Assembly (NCBI GenBank): GCA_964462035.1
Contig: CAYXAP010000029.1
Location: 14,472 to 78,471 of the forward strand
Source: an uncultured Sandaracinus sp.
GTDB lineage: Bacteria > Myxococcota_A > Polyangia > Polyangiales > Houyiibacteriaceae
Direction: 5' to 3'
Length of the DNA: 64,000 bases
The notes under the pieces are model-generated. The model was not told where the DNA came from, searched no databases, and saw only the letters and a list, made by a program, of their open reading frames with translations. Shown one piece after another: positions 44,433-54,162 of this stretch. A program made the position numbers and the translations under genes. Each line of letters opens with the position of its first letter. Position 1 is the stretch's first letter.

Positions 44433-44696
44433 ATGATCAAGCGCGTCTTCCTTCTCCTCAGCCTCTTCACCCTCTTCGCCCTGCCGGTCGGCTGTGGTGA
44501 CAACGAGGGCGAACCCTGCACCGCCGATGGCGACTGCGACGGGAGCCTCGTCTGCGGTCAGCTCACGGTGTGCGGCGACCCGGGGACCTGCGCGGGAGTC
44601 TGCGCCGATCCGTGCGACGTCGACGAAGACTGCCCCGAAGATGCGTTCTGCTTCACCGAGCCCGGCGGCGGCCGGACCTGGTGTCGCGTCGACTGA
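44433..44696 (+). CDS. Small cysteine-rich lipoprotein (87 aa)
   Basis: MIKRVFLLLSLFTLFALPVGCGDNEGE (lipobox), then 10 further Cys in 65 aa (CTADGDCDGSLVCGQLTVCGDPGTCAGVCADPCDVDEDCPEDAFC). Confidence 0.6.
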   Translation: MIKRVFLLLSLFTLFALPVGCGDNEGEPCTADGDCDGSLVCGQLTVCGDPGTCAGVCADPCDVDEDCPEDAFCFTEPGGGRTWCRVD

Positions 44697-44869
44697 CGCG
44701 GTCGAGGCCACTTCCAGCGCCAGGGCTGGGCGGTTAGAGTCGATCCATTCATCGATCGCTCCTCATCGGTCTCGCTTCGCTCGCTTCGCTCGGTGGCTGC
44801 GGGGAGTCGGAGGGCTTCGCGATCGCCGAGTGGACCCTCGACGCTCCGGGCGACGCGCACGACGGGCCG

Positions 44870-47005
44870 GTGCAGCTGCCCACCCGCATCGGCGATCGAC
44901 TCCCCGACGAGCCGTCGCGCTTCACGCTCACCGCTCAGATCGCCCTGCCGCCCCACCTTCGTGGTGAACCGGTCGATCTGCTCGTGCCTCACATGGCCGC
45001 CCCCACCCTCGCGTCGGTGGATGGGGAATCCGTCCCCCACGTCGATCGCTGGGTCTCCACCGGGTATCGCGAGCCCGGGCCGAAGCGATGGGCCATCCCT
45101 GCACGACTGACCGCCGACGGAGAGCTCGAGATCGCGCTCGAGATGCGGCACACCTTCTCCCAGTCCGCCTGGCTGGACTCGACGCCCCGACTGGTCCTCG
45201 CGGGGGACTCGGTCCCAGCCGTGTCTCGCACCCACTGGACCAACCGAGTCTTCGCTGCGGTGGCGGCCATCGCCCTGCTGCAAATCGGCCTGCTCTATCT
45301 GGCCGCGTTCCTCGGCGACCGCCGCCGAATGTCCTACCTCTGGTTCGCCCTCCAGGGGCTGGCCGCGTCCTGGTATCCCCTCTACGTGCTGGGCGTCACC
45401 CAGCACTGGCTGGGTCATTGGGACCTTCTGATCCTGCTGACCCTGATCGCGTGCGCGCCGGTGGTCTCCGTCTGGTTCACGCATGCCCAATACCGACTGC
45501 CTCCACCCGCACGCGGCTGGCTGGTGCTGCTCGGCATCGGCGTGCTGACACCGGTGGTGTTCTCCGATCCGTTCATCGCCACCGAGGTTGGCGGGAAGAC
45601 GACCATCGCCACCGTGGTGCTGACGATCCTGTACCAGCTCTGGCTCTTCGCCAAACTGGCTCGCGACCCGGCGAACCAACCCGGCGCCACCCTGCTGCTC
45701 CTCGCCTGGGTGACCCTCGGCGTCGGCGCGTCCTTCGACGCACTCGTCTGGACCTCGATCAGCGACCCGCTGGGTGGCCCCCGGCCAGCGCTCCCGGCGC
45801 TCGCCCTCTTCGCACTACTGCAGGCCATGCACCTGAGCCGGGAGCACATCCGGAGCCTCAAGCGCTCGGACGAGCTGAACGTCGAGCTCGCCGGTCGGGT
45901 CGAGACGCTCGAGGCGAACAAGCAGGAGATCGAGCTGCTGAACCGTGAGCTCCGCCGACAGATCGCCGACCGCTCGGAGCAGCTGATGCAGGCGCTCGCC
46001 CTCGCCTCCCGACGGCGAGGGGACGCACCGACGCTCTCCCCCGGCGACGTCGTGCAAGAGCGCTACCGGGTCCTCGAGCTACGGGGCTCCGGAGGCATGG
46101 GCGCGGTCTACGCCGTCGAACGGCTCGCCGACGGGAGGCACCTGGCGCTGAAGGTGACGCGAGAAGTGGAGTTCATCGCCCTCGCACGGCTGGCCCGGGA
46201 AGCGCAGATCGCTGCGCAGCTGGATCATCCCAACGTCGTCGCCATCGTGGACGTCGACGTCGCCTCCGATGGCTTCCTCTACCTGGTCCTGGAGCTCGTC
46301 GACGGGACCACGCTCGCGGAGCATCGAACGCGCTTCGGTGACATCCCCTTCGGCCTCGAAGTGCTCGAGCAGGTCGCTCGCGGGCTCGCCGCGCTCCACG
46401 AGGCGGACATCATCCACCGCGATCTCAAGCCCGCCAACGTGCTGCTCTCGCGCTCGGACGGAAGGCTGCAGGTGAAGATCACCGACTTCGGCATCTCCCG
46501 CTTGACGGTCCCGGGGGAGGCACCCGAGCCGAGCCCGGCGGCCGACGCGCCCGACGAGCCGAAGGCGACGGTGGACCTCCGACCCGGTGGATCGCCCGCC
46601 GCGCTGGTTCCCTCGCCGGACGGCACGGACACTCACCTCCTGCCCCATCTGATGACCCCGTCGAGCTCGTCCCTCACCCAGACCGGCTTCATCGCGGGCA
46701 CGCCGACCTACCTCGCGCCCGAGCTCGCCGAGGGCATCGAGCAGCTGAGCCCCGCTGCCGACATCTTCAGCCTCGGCATCGTGGCCTACGAGCTACTGAC
46801 CACGAAGCGGCCCTACGAGGAGGCGCCGGTCCACGCCGTCCTCCGCGGAGCTCCGGTGGAGGAGTTCGACTCGCTCGCGCCCCTCGATGGGGAGCTGGGG
46901 ACCGAGCTCCGCGAGCTCCTCGAGCGGTCGCTCGCGCTGAGGTCGAGCGAGCGGCCGACCGCCGCCGAGCTGGCCGATGCCATTGCGCGGGTCCGGGGCG
47001 ACTGA
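44870..47005 (+). CDS. 7TMR-DISM-type receptor (extracellular domain plus 7 TM helices) fused to a Ser/Thr protein kinase
   Basis: A periplasmic-like N-domain, then about 7 hydrophobic helices (FAAVAAIALLQIGLLYLAAF ... PALPALALFALLQAM), a coiled coil (LAGRVETLEANKQEIELLNRELRRQI) and a kinase domain (GSGGMGAVY, LALKV, HRDLKPANVLL, DFGIS). The first canonical start is the GTG at 44870, but the frame is open from 44738 and encodes a lipoprotein-like signal peptide (see findings). Confidence 0.8.
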   Translation: MQLPTRIGDRLPDEPSRFTLTAQIALPPHLRGEPVDLLVPHMAAPTLASVDGESVPHVDRWVSTGYREPGPKRWAIPARLTADGELEIALEMRHTFSQSAWLDSTPRLVLAGDSVPAVSRTHWTNRVFAAVAAIALLQIGLLYLAAFLGDRRRMSYLWFALQGLAASWYPLYVLGVTQHWLGHWDLLILLTLIACAPVVSVWFTHAQYRLPPPARGWLVLLGIGVLTPVVFSDPFIATEVGGKTTIATVVLTILYQLWLFAKLARDPANQPGATLLLLAWVTLGVGASFDALVWTSISDPLGGPRPALPALALFALLQAMHLSREHIRSLKRSDELNVELAGRVETLEANKQEIELLNRELRRQIADRSEQLMQALALASRRRGDAPTLSPGDVVQERYRVLELRGSGGMGAVYAVERLADGRHLALKVTREVEFIALARLAREAQIAAQLDHPNVVAIVDVDVASDGFLYLVLELVDGTTLAEHRTRFGDIPFGLEVLEQVARGLAALHEADIIHRDLKPANVLLSRSDGRLQVKITDFGISRLTVPGEAPEPSPAADAPDEPKATVDLRPGGSPAALVPSPDGTDTHLLPHLMTPSSSSLTQTGFIAGTPTYLAPELAEGIEQLSPAADIFSLGIVAYELLTTKRPYEEAPVHAVLRGAPVEEFDSLAPLDGELGTELRELLERSLALRSSERPTAAELADAIARVRGD

Positions 47006-47053
47006 GCGCCACCGACTCGGGCCGGTTGGCGGCAGGGCGCCGAGCTTGGGATG

Positions 47054-47560
47054 TCAGGCGACGGCGCCGCGCAAGACGTCGATCAGGGTCGAGGCGTCCA
47101 TCAGGGTCATCGGCAACGTCCCGAAGCGGACCTCGTCACCCAGGGCGATCGATCGGCGCACACCCGGTCGGAGCCGGCTATCGCCCATGAACGTACCGTT
47201 CGACGATCCATTGTCCGTGAGCTCGAAGCCCTCCGTGGTCACGTGGATGTGGGCGTGGAGCTTGGACACGATGGCGAAGCGAAGGACCACGTCGCAGTTC
47301 GGTGCCCGTCCGATGCCGAAGCGGTCCGGATAGGGCGAGTCGGGGCGTTTGCGGAGCGGCCGGACGAGCCATGCCGGGAGCGGAGGGCCGGACTCGCCCG
47401 TGTGCACGTGGGTCGTTCGGAAGGCGATCGGCCCGGCGCCGATGATCGCCGAGTCGGGACCCTTCACCAGAAAGTGGTCCCCCATCCCACGCACCGCGGC
47501 GAGGCCACGGGCAGAGAGCTCCACGGCTTGTCGGGTGAGGTCGTCGTCGGTTTCCAGCAC
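47054..47560 (-). CDS. FHA domain protein
   Basis: FGIGRAPNCDVVLRFAIVSKLHAHIHVTTEGFELTDNGSSNGTFMGDSRL is a canonical FHA core (G-R ... S..H ... NGT). It is convergent with the kinase gene. Confidence 0.85.
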   Translation of the reverse strand: MLETDDDLTRQAVELSARGLAAVRGMGDHFLVKGPDSAIIGAGPIAFRTTHVHTGESGPPLPAWLVRPLRKRPDSPYPDRFGIGRAPNCDVVLRFAIVSKLHAHIHVTTEGFELTDNGSSNGTFMGDSRLRPGVRRSIALGDEVRFGTLPMTLMDASTLIDVLRGAVA

Positions 47561-47673
47561 TCCCGTAGGCTCCTAGATCGCGGGGGCTGTCGTCCACCGT
47601 TTGGAGCGATGGCGGCCGAGGCCAGTGTCTCCGTCGTCGAAACCCGCAACGAACGTAGCGACGCGGTACTCGC

Positions 47674-48834
47674 TCACTCCGCCGCGGCGACCGCGGCCCG
47701 CGATGCGCCGACCCGTGGAGTCCCGGTGCGCAGCGTGCCGCTGTCGCGCTCCTCGAAGAGCATCGAGGGGCGGATGCCAGGCGCGAGGAGCGAAGGCGTG
47801 ACCTCGCTCGACGGGAACATCTGGACGTAGGCCGGATCGACCTCCGAGCGGTCCACGATCGACCGCTCGAGGAGCATCGAGTTGTACTGTTCGGCAGCGA
47901 GCTCCGGTGTGTTCGAGTTCAGGATGACCTCGTAGCCATAGTCGCGCGCTTGGCGGCGGAGGCCGGGGATCCGGGACTCGAGCGGCGACCAGTTGTCGGC
48001 GCTGGTGCCGTTCTCGCTGCAGCCGAAGACCCCGCGGTCGCCATGGACGAAGATCGTCTGGTTACCGGTGGTGTGCCCGGGCGTGCGCAGCAGCAAGCAA
48101 CCGGCTCCGAGGCTCAGGTCGTGGTCGGTGAGGATCACCCGGTCTTCGGGGACTCCGTCCTTGCCGTCGGCGATGAACCAGGACTGCTGCAGCGGGTGGA
48201 GGTGGTCCCAGTCGTTCCACTCGGCGCGGGGCGCGAGCAAGTAGGCATTCGGGAAGCGCGCCTGCAGCCGGACGCCGTCGACGGTGGGGACCGCCGAGCC
48301 GAGGATCGGCCGAAGGTCCTGCGTGTGAAAGTGGTCGAACGCGACCACGTCGATGTCATCGGCGCTCAGGCCGAGCTGCGCGAGCTGCACGTCGACCTGG
48401 CCCCACTCCTTGCTCATCAGCTTCCGCCCGAGCTCCGGGTTGGGCATCTTCGCGAGGAGCTGCGCGAAGAAGGGGGTCGCCAAGCTCGCCTCGTAGTCGG
48501 TCGGGTTGAAGAGGATGTTCTTGCGTTCGCCCTCCACGTCGACCTGCACGAGCAGACAGCGGTGCGTCATGACCACGTAGGGCCAGGGGAGGGGCACCGC
48601 GCGATTGAACGCGAAGGTCGTCGGGTAGATGAGCGTCGCCAGCGAGAGCGTGCGCACCGCGGCGACCTTCGGTCCCTCGCGCAGGTCCTCGCCGAGCAGC
48701 TCGCCGGCCCGACGGAGCGCCGTCCCGCGGGGCCCGGCGCTCGTGATGGCCCGGGCGTCGTCGAGGTCGTGGAGGGTTCGGATCCAGGGGAGGCGGGGGT
48801 CGACGGGCTCACGCAGCTGCATGCCGTGAAGCAT
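47674..48834 (-). CDS. Metallo-beta-lactamase-fold-like hydrolase (tentative)
   Basis: VVAFDHFHTQD (a variant of HxHxDH) and LLLRTPGHTTGNQTIFV (a downstream His motif) suggest an MBL fold. The family is not assigned. Confidence 0.45.
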   Translation of the reverse strand: MLHGMQLREPVDPRLPWIRTLHDLDDARAITSAGPRGTALRRAGELLGEDLREGPKVAAVRTLSLATLIYPTTFAFNRAVPLPWPYVVMTHRCLLVQVDVEGERKNILFNPTDYEASLATPFFAQLLAKMPNPELGRKLMSKEWGQVDVQLAQLGLSADDIDVVAFDHFHTQDLRPILGSAVPTVDGVRLQARFPNAYLLAPRAEWNDWDHLHPLQQSWFIADGKDGVPEDRVILTDHDLSLGAGCLLLRTPGHTTGNQTIFVHGDRGVFGCSENGTSADNWSPLESRIPGLRRQARDYGYEVILNSNTPELAAEQYNSMLLERSIVDRSEVDPAYVQMFPSSEVTPSLLAPGIRPSMLFEERDSGTLRTGTPRVGASRAAVAAAE

Positions 48835-48868
48835 GAGGGCGTGGTGTGCCGCCGTCGACCCCGTCGGC

Positions 48869-49303
48869 TCAGCCCTTGGCCTTTGCGGCGATCGACGCGT
48901 GGTCGCGGCCCTCTTCCGCCTCGGTCGAGACCGGCAGGCCCGCGGCGGCCCAGCCGGCCTCCTGCAGCCGACCCATCGTGTCGCGCGAGCCGCTGTAGCC
49001 GGCGAACTGGTCCTTGAGGTGCTGGAAGCCGGCCGCCTCGAGCTGGGCGGCCGCGGCCTTGCTCCGGCCGCCGGCCTTGCAGGCGACGATCAGCTTGGCT
49101 CCCTTGCCGAAGGCGGCCTCGACCTCGGCCACGAAGTCGTCGTTGGGCCGCATGCCGCCATCGCCCATGTGCTTGATGGGGATGTTGTACGCACCCGTGG
49201 GGTGACCGCCTTCGAACTCCGGGATGGAGCGCACATCGAGGTAGGCGTAGCCCTCCTCTTCCATGAGTTTCTGGGCTTCGGCGGGGGTGACTTTGTCGGC
49301 CAT
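48869..49303 (-). CDS. Rhodanese-domain sulfurtransferase
   Basis: YLDVRSIPEFEGGHPTGAYNIP and the active-site loop IVACKAGGRS. Confidence 0.85.
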   Translation of the reverse strand: MADKVTPAEAQKLMEEEGYAYLDVRSIPEFEGGHPTGAYNIPIKHMGDGGMRPNDDFVAEVEAAFGKGAKLIVACKAGGRSKAAAAQLEAAGFQHLKDQFAGYSGSRDTMGRLQEAGWAAAGLPVSTEAEEGRDHASIAAKAKG

Positions 49304-49443
49304 TCTCGGACGATCTCCTTCGGGGGGTTGGCGGCGGCGCCGCGGGGCGGAGTCTAGCGCTCTCGGCGCGCGCGTCGATCGACCTTGGGTCGTGCCTGTG
49401 GTGGTTCGGGTTACGGGCAGTTCGTGATACCAACGCGGCTCGC

Positions 49444-50292
49444 ATGCCCAACGACTCGGCGAAGGTCTCCGATGAGGTCGCGACGCTGGCCGGCCTGCAC
49501 GACTGGCTCCGGCTGGTGCTCACCTACCGTGCGCCGCATCCGGACTCGCAGCGGATCCTGGAGCTGATCGAGCACCTGCTCGACCGGCCGCACAAGGCCC
49601 ACGTGCTGCTCTACGGTGAGCCCGGGACGGGCAAGGAAGGGCTGGCACGCGCGCTGCACCAGGCCATGCACCCCGGCGGCAAGGCACCATTCATCAAGAT
49701 GCCCACCGGCGGACGCGACCCGAGGGTCCTCGCGCTGCACCTCTTCGGGACCCAGGAGAAGCGCGGTGCGGTGGCACGGGCCGAGGGGGGCACGCTCTTC
49801 CTCGACGAGGTCGGGACGCTTCCGCGCGAGATCCAGGCGCGGCTCACACCGGTGCTCCGCGGCCGCTACCGCCGGAACGACGACGAAGCCCCGCAGCCCT
49901 GCCACGTGACCGTGATCGGCGCGACGGACCACGACCTGGAATCCCAGGTCGCCGAGGGCCGCTTCCGCCACGACCTCTACTACCGGCTCTCCCGCGCAGA
50001 GCTGACCATCCCGCCCCTGCGCGAGCGCGACGAGGACATCCCTCGCGCGGCCCTCTGGTCGGCCAACCGCTTGCTCAAGGAGCGGGGTGAGAGCACGCGA
50101 CTCGTGGCTGAAGGGGAAGACGCCGGCGAGGGCGACATCATCCTCACCGAAGGCGCAGGCGACGTCCTCCGAGGCCACGGCTGGGCCGGCAACTTCCGCG
50201 AGCTCGACCGGCTGATGGAGCGTCTGCTCTTCCTGAGCGAGCGCCAGCCGACGCTGACCGAAGACGCCGTGCGTTCGGCGCTGGAGGCCTGA
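49444..50292 (+). CDS. Stand-alone sigma-54-interaction-type AAA+ protein lacking the GAFTGA loop and any DNA-binding domain
   Basis: Walker A GEPGTGKE, Walker B GTLFLDEVG, RHDLYYRL, PPLRERDEDI, WAGNFRELD. Where GAFTGA is expected it reads LFGTQEKRGAVARA. The protein ends right after the AAA+ lid. Confidence 0.75.
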   Translation: MPNDSAKVSDEVATLAGLHDWLRLVLTYRAPHPDSQRILELIEHLLDRPHKAHVLLYGEPGTGKEGLARALHQAMHPGGKAPFIKMPTGGRDPRVLALHLFGTQEKRGAVARAEGGTLFLDEVGTLPREIQARLTPVLRGRYRRNDDEAPQPCHVTVIGATDHDLESQVAEGRFRHDLYYRLSRAELTIPPLRERDEDIPRAALWSANRLLKERGESTRLVAEGEDAGEGDIILTEGAGDVLRGHGWAGNFRELDRLMERLLFLSERQPTLTEDAVRSALEA

Positions 50293-51356
50293 TGATCCCG
50301 TTGGCGCGCCCATGGATGACCGACGCGGAGGAGTCCGCCGCGCTCGAGGTCCTCCGCTCCGGTTGGCTGGCGACGGGACCGAAGACCCAAGCGCTGGAGA
50401 CCGTCTTCGCGACGCTCACCGACCGAACGCACGCGGTCGCGGTCTCCAGTGGAACCGCTGCCCTCGAGCTGGCGCTCCAGGTGCTCGGGGTCGGCGAAGG
50501 CGACGAGGTGCTCTGTCCAGCGCTGACCTGGCCCAGCCCCGCCCACGCCGTCGTCCGTCTCGGTGCGCGGGTCGTGCTCGTCGACGTCGATGCAGAGGAG
50601 TGGAACGCCCCCGCCGAGGCGTTCGCCGCGGCCCGCACCGAGCGGACCAAGGCGGCGGTCGTCATCGACCAGTTCGGCAACCCAGCCCGGCGTGAGGCCA
50701 TCGTCACGGCCCTCGAGGGCGTGCCGATCGTCGAGGACGCGGCCTGCGCGCTCGGCAGCCGCTTCGCCGATGGCTCTCGCTGTGGCTCGCTCGGCGCGAT
50801 CGGCTGCTTCAGCCTGCACCCCCGGAAGATCGTGACCTGCGGCGAAGGCGGCGTCTGCGTCACCGACGACCCCGCGCTCGCCGACGCGCTCCGGGTCGCG
50901 CGCAACCACGGCCAGCGCGCGGCGGGCGTGTTCGCCGCCCCCGACGCCAACCTCCGGATGAGCGACCTCTCCGCCGCCGTCGCGCTCGCGCAGGTCGAGC
51001 GACTGGACGACATCCTCGGGAAGCGTCGTGCGCACGCGGTGGCGATGCGCGCGCGCCTCGGTGAGCGATACCAGCTCCAGCAAGCCGTCGAGGGCGCAGA
51101 GCCGAACCACCAGACCTTCGGGGCGCTCCTGGCCGAAGGGCGGGACCGCGACGCCTTCATCGCCGACGCCGCCGCGCGCGGAGTCCAGGTCGGGCGACTC
51201 TCCTATTCGGTCGATCGCCTCGGCCAGGTCGGTGACCAGCCGGCACTCCCGGTCGCGCACACGCTCGACGAGCGCGGGGTCGCCTTCCCGCTCTTCCCAA
51301 CCATGACCCTCGACGAGCGCACGGCCGTGATCGAGGCGCTGGAGGCGATCGCGTGA
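50292..51356 (+). CDS. DegT/DnrJ/EryC1/StrS-family PLP aminotransferase (sugar aminotransferase-like)
   Basis: IPLARPWMTDAEESAALEVLRSGWLATGPKTQALETVFA...AVAVSSGTAALELAL and FSLHPRKIVTCGEGG (PLP-lysine context). Confidence 0.85.
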   Translation: MIPLARPWMTDAEESAALEVLRSGWLATGPKTQALETVFATLTDRTHAVAVSSGTAALELALQVLGVGEGDEVLCPALTWPSPAHAVVRLGARVVLVDVDAEEWNAPAEAFAAARTERTKAAVVIDQFGNPARREAIVTALEGVPIVEDAACALGSRFADGSRCGSLGAIGCFSLHPRKIVTCGEGGVCVTDDPALADALRVARNHGQRAAGVFAAPDANLRMSDLSAAVALAQVERLDDILGKRRAHAVAMRARLGERYQLQQAVEGAEPNHQTFGALLAEGRDRDAFIADAAARGVQVGRLSYSVDRLGQVGDQPALPVAHTLDERGVAFPLFPTMTLDERTAVIEALEAIA

Positions 51357-52288
51357 GCGACGAGCCGACGCCCGTCCTCCGAGTGAAGGCGCTCGAGAAG
51401 ACCTTCCGCCTCGGCTTCTTCCGCAAGAAGGTCGACGCGGTACGTGGGGTCAGCTTCGACGTCCGGCCCGGAGAGATCTTCGGGCTGCTCGGGCCGAACG
51501 GCGCCGGCAAGACCACCACCATCAAGTCCATCCTTCGGCTGGTTCGCCCGAGTGGTGGCTCGGTGGAGCTCTTCGGCGGCTCGCCAGACGAGCCCGCCAT
51601 CCGCGCGAAGGTCGGCTACATGCCGGAGAACCCCTACGTCTATCAATACCTCCGGCCGCTCGAGTTCCTCGACCTCTGTGGGCGGCTGGTCGGCATGGGC
51701 CGCAAGGAGCGCAAGGAGCGGGCCGAGGCGATGATCGACCAGGTGAAGCTCCGCCACGCCGTCGACCGCCCGATCGGCCGCTTCTCCAAGGGCATGATGC
51801 AGCGGGTCGGGCTCGCCCAGGCGCTGCTGCACGACCCCCAACTGCTGATCCTCGACGAGCCGATGAGCGGCCTGGACCCGATCGGACGCAAGGAGGTCCG
51901 CGACGTGCTGCTCGCCCAGCGCGACGCCGGCAAGACGCTGCTCTTCACCAGTCACGTGCTGAGCGACGTCGAGGTGCTCTGCGACCGCGTGGTGATCCTG
52001 CGCAAGGGCAAGGTGCGGGCCGAGGGCGCAGTGTCGGAGCTCGTCCGTGCCGAGGTCGAGCGCTACGAGCTCGAGCTCGCGGACGCCGACGGAGCGCTCG
52101 AAGCCGCCCTCGCCGAGCTCGGCCCGGTGGTTCGTCACCCGGCGCGACTGCATGTGACGCTCGGCGAGCGGAGCGAGGTCGATCGGGCGCTGGCGCTCGC
52201 CGCCGAGGCCGGCGCCCACGTGGTCGCGCTCCGCCCCCAGCAGCGGTCCCTGGAGGCACTCTTCATGGAGGAAGCCAGCGATGACTGA
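51353..52288 (+). CDS. ABC transporter ATP-binding protein (ABC-2/DrrA-like)
   Basis: Walker A GPNGAGKTT, Q-loop, signature FSKGMMQRV, Walker B LLILDEPMSGLD, H-loop FTSHV. It has a GTGA overlap with the upstream gene. Confidence 0.9.
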   Translation: MSDEPTPVLRVKALEKTFRLGFFRKKVDAVRGVSFDVRPGEIFGLLGPNGAGKTTTIKSILRLVRPSGGSVELFGGSPDEPAIRAKVGYMPENPYVYQYLRPLEFLDLCGRLVGMGRKERKERAEAMIDQVKLRHAVDRPIGRFSKGMMQRVGLAQALLHDPQLLILDEPMSGLDPIGRKEVRDVLLAQRDAGKTLLFTSHVLSDVEVLCDRVVILRKGKVRAEGAVSELVRAEVERYELELADADGALEAALAELGPVVRHPARLHVTLGERSEVDRALALAAEAGAHVVALRPQQRSLEALFMEEASDD

Positions 52289-53030
52289 GCTCGTGGCCAT
52301 TCCGTTCTCCCACTTCTGCGAGAAGGCTCGTTGGGGACTCGAGCACGCGGGGGTGCCCTTTCGAGAGCGGAAGGTGCTGCCGATGCTCCATCAGCCCGTG
52401 GTGCGTTGGAAGCTCCGCGGCAGCGACGTGGGCCGGGCGGATGCGTACTCCAGCCGCTTCTCGACCCCGGTGCTCATCACCAGCGCCGGCCCCATCTCGG
52501 GCTCGACGGACATTCTCCGCTACGCGGCGCCGGAGCTCTTCACCGGACCCGAGGTCGACGCGTGGGTCGACCGCTTCGACGACACGCTCGGCCCGCACGC
52601 ACGCCGCATGGCCTACTTCCTGGTCTTCGAGACGCCGGGGCTGCTGATCGAGCTGGCGCAGGCGAACACGGACCCGGTCCAGACCAACCTGCTGCGCGTC
52701 GGTGAGCGTTTCCTCGTGCCCCGCATGCGGGCGGTGATGAAGATCGATCGCGAGGGCTTCGAACGCAGTCACGCCGTGGTTCAGGACGTGATGGACGAGG
52801 TCGCCGACGCCATCGGCGACGGACGGCCCTACCTGACCGGCGACGCGTTCACTGCCGCAGATCTCACGTTCGCGGCGCTGCTCGCGCCGCTGGTCTTGCC
52901 ACCCGCGTATGGGGCGACGATGCCGGGGCCGGAGCGCTTCGACGCCGAGGTCCAGCAGCTGCTCGCCGACACGCGAGCCCACCCGGCGGGTGAGCTCGCG
53001 CTGGCGATCTACGCGAAGCACCGGCGCTGA
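52281..53030 (+). CDS. Glutathione S-transferase-like protein
   Basis: Thioredoxin-like N-terminus (LVAIPFSHFCEKARWGLEHAGVPFRE) and a GST_C-like YLTGDAFTAADLTFAALLAPL. It has an 8-nt overlap with the ABC ATPase gene. Confidence 0.55.
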   Translation: MTELVAIPFSHFCEKARWGLEHAGVPFRERKVLPMLHQPVVRWKLRGSDVGRADAYSSRFSTPVLITSAGPISGSTDILRYAAPELFTGPEVDAWVDRFDDTLGPHARRMAYFLVFETPGLLIELAQANTDPVQTNLLRVGERFLVPRMRAVMKIDREGFERSHAVVQDVMDEVADAIGDGRPYLTGDAFTAADLTFAALLAPLVLPPAYGATMPGPERFDAEVQQLLADTRAHPAGELALAIYAKHRR

Positions 53031-53033
53031 CGA

Positions 53034-54014
53034 TCAGCCGTCGACCAGCGCCATCGACTCGTAGCGCGTGCCGGCCGCCGCGTCGGGCGGGAGTATCGCG
53101 TCGAGCGACTCGAGGTCGTCGGCCGTCAGGTCGACGTCCGCAGCGGCCGCGTTCTGGTCGAGCCGCTCGGGGTTGGTGGTTCCTGGGATGCTGACCACGT
53201 GCTCGCCCCGGCTCAGTACCCACGCGAGCGCGAGCTGTGCCGGCGTGCAACCCTTGGCCTCGGCGATCTTCTCGACGCCCGCCACGAGCTCCAGGTTCTT
53301 GCCGAAGTTCTCCTCCGAGAAACGCGGCTGATGGCGACGGAAGTCGTTCTCGGGCAGGTCCGCACGGGAACGATAGCGGCCCGTGAGGAACCCGCGACCG
53401 AGCGGGCTGTAGGCCACGAAGAGAATCCCGAGCTCCGCGCAGACCGGGATGAGCTCCGCCTCCGGCTCACGGCTCCAGAGCGAGAGCTCGGTCTGCAGGG
53501 CCGCGATCGGCGCGACCTTCGCCGCACGACGGATGGTGTCGGGCGCCGCCTCGCTCAGCCCGAGGTGGCGGACTTTGCCAGCGGCGACGAGCTCCGCCAT
53601 CGCACCGACCGTCTCCTCGATCGGGACCTGCGGGTCGACCCGGTGTTGGTAGTAGAGATCGATGTGGTCCACTCCGAGCCGCCCTAGGCTCGCGTCGCAC
53701 GCCTCCTTCACGTACTGCGGCCGGCCGCTCACGCCTGCGAAGGAGCCGCCCTCGCCACGCTTGATGGCGAACTTGGTGGCCAGGTACGCCTCGTCACGCC
53801 GGTCCTTCAATGCGCGACCGACCAGCTCCTCGTTGGCGCCCGATCCGTACATGTCGGCGGTATCCAAGAAGGTCACCCCCTGATCGAGGGCGCGATGGAT
53901 CACCCCGATCGACGACGTGTCGTCCGCGGTTCCGTAGAACTCGCTCATCCCCATGCAACCGAGGCCGATCGCGCTCACCTCGGGTCCGTCTCCTCTCGCT
54001 CGGCGTCGCTTCAT
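53034..54014 (-). CDS. Aldo/keto reductase
   Basis: ORF 53034..54191. The ATG at 54014 is preceded by [23 protein letters not shown]...[28 protein letters not shown] is a canonical AKR N-terminus. Confidence 0.9.
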   Translation of the reverse strand: MKRRRARGDGPEVSAIGLGCMGMSEFYGTADDTSSIGVIHRALDQGVTFLDTADMYGSGANEELVGRALKDRRDEAYLATKFAIKRGEGGSFAGVSGRPQYVKEACDASLGRLGVDHIDLYYQHRVDPQVPIEETVGAMAELVAAGKVRHLGLSEAAPDTIRRAAKVAPIAALQTELSLWSREPEAELIPVCAELGILFVAYSPLGRGFLTGRYRSRADLPENDFRRHQPRFSEENFGKNLELVAGVEKIAEAKGCTPAQLALAWVLSRGEHVVSIPGTTNPERLDQNAAAADVDLTADDLESLDAILPPDAAAGTRYESMALVDG

Positions 54015-54162
54015 GGCGCCTCCTCTCTTCGCCATGGACCGTGCGGCGTCCGCCCCGCGGGCGCCATGGCGAGGCCGACGGAAGACTTGCCTGATCCTGC
54101 GATCGCTTTGGATCGCTCCAGCCCGAAGGGGTAGAACTCCATGGGTGGTCGCCGAAGAGACG

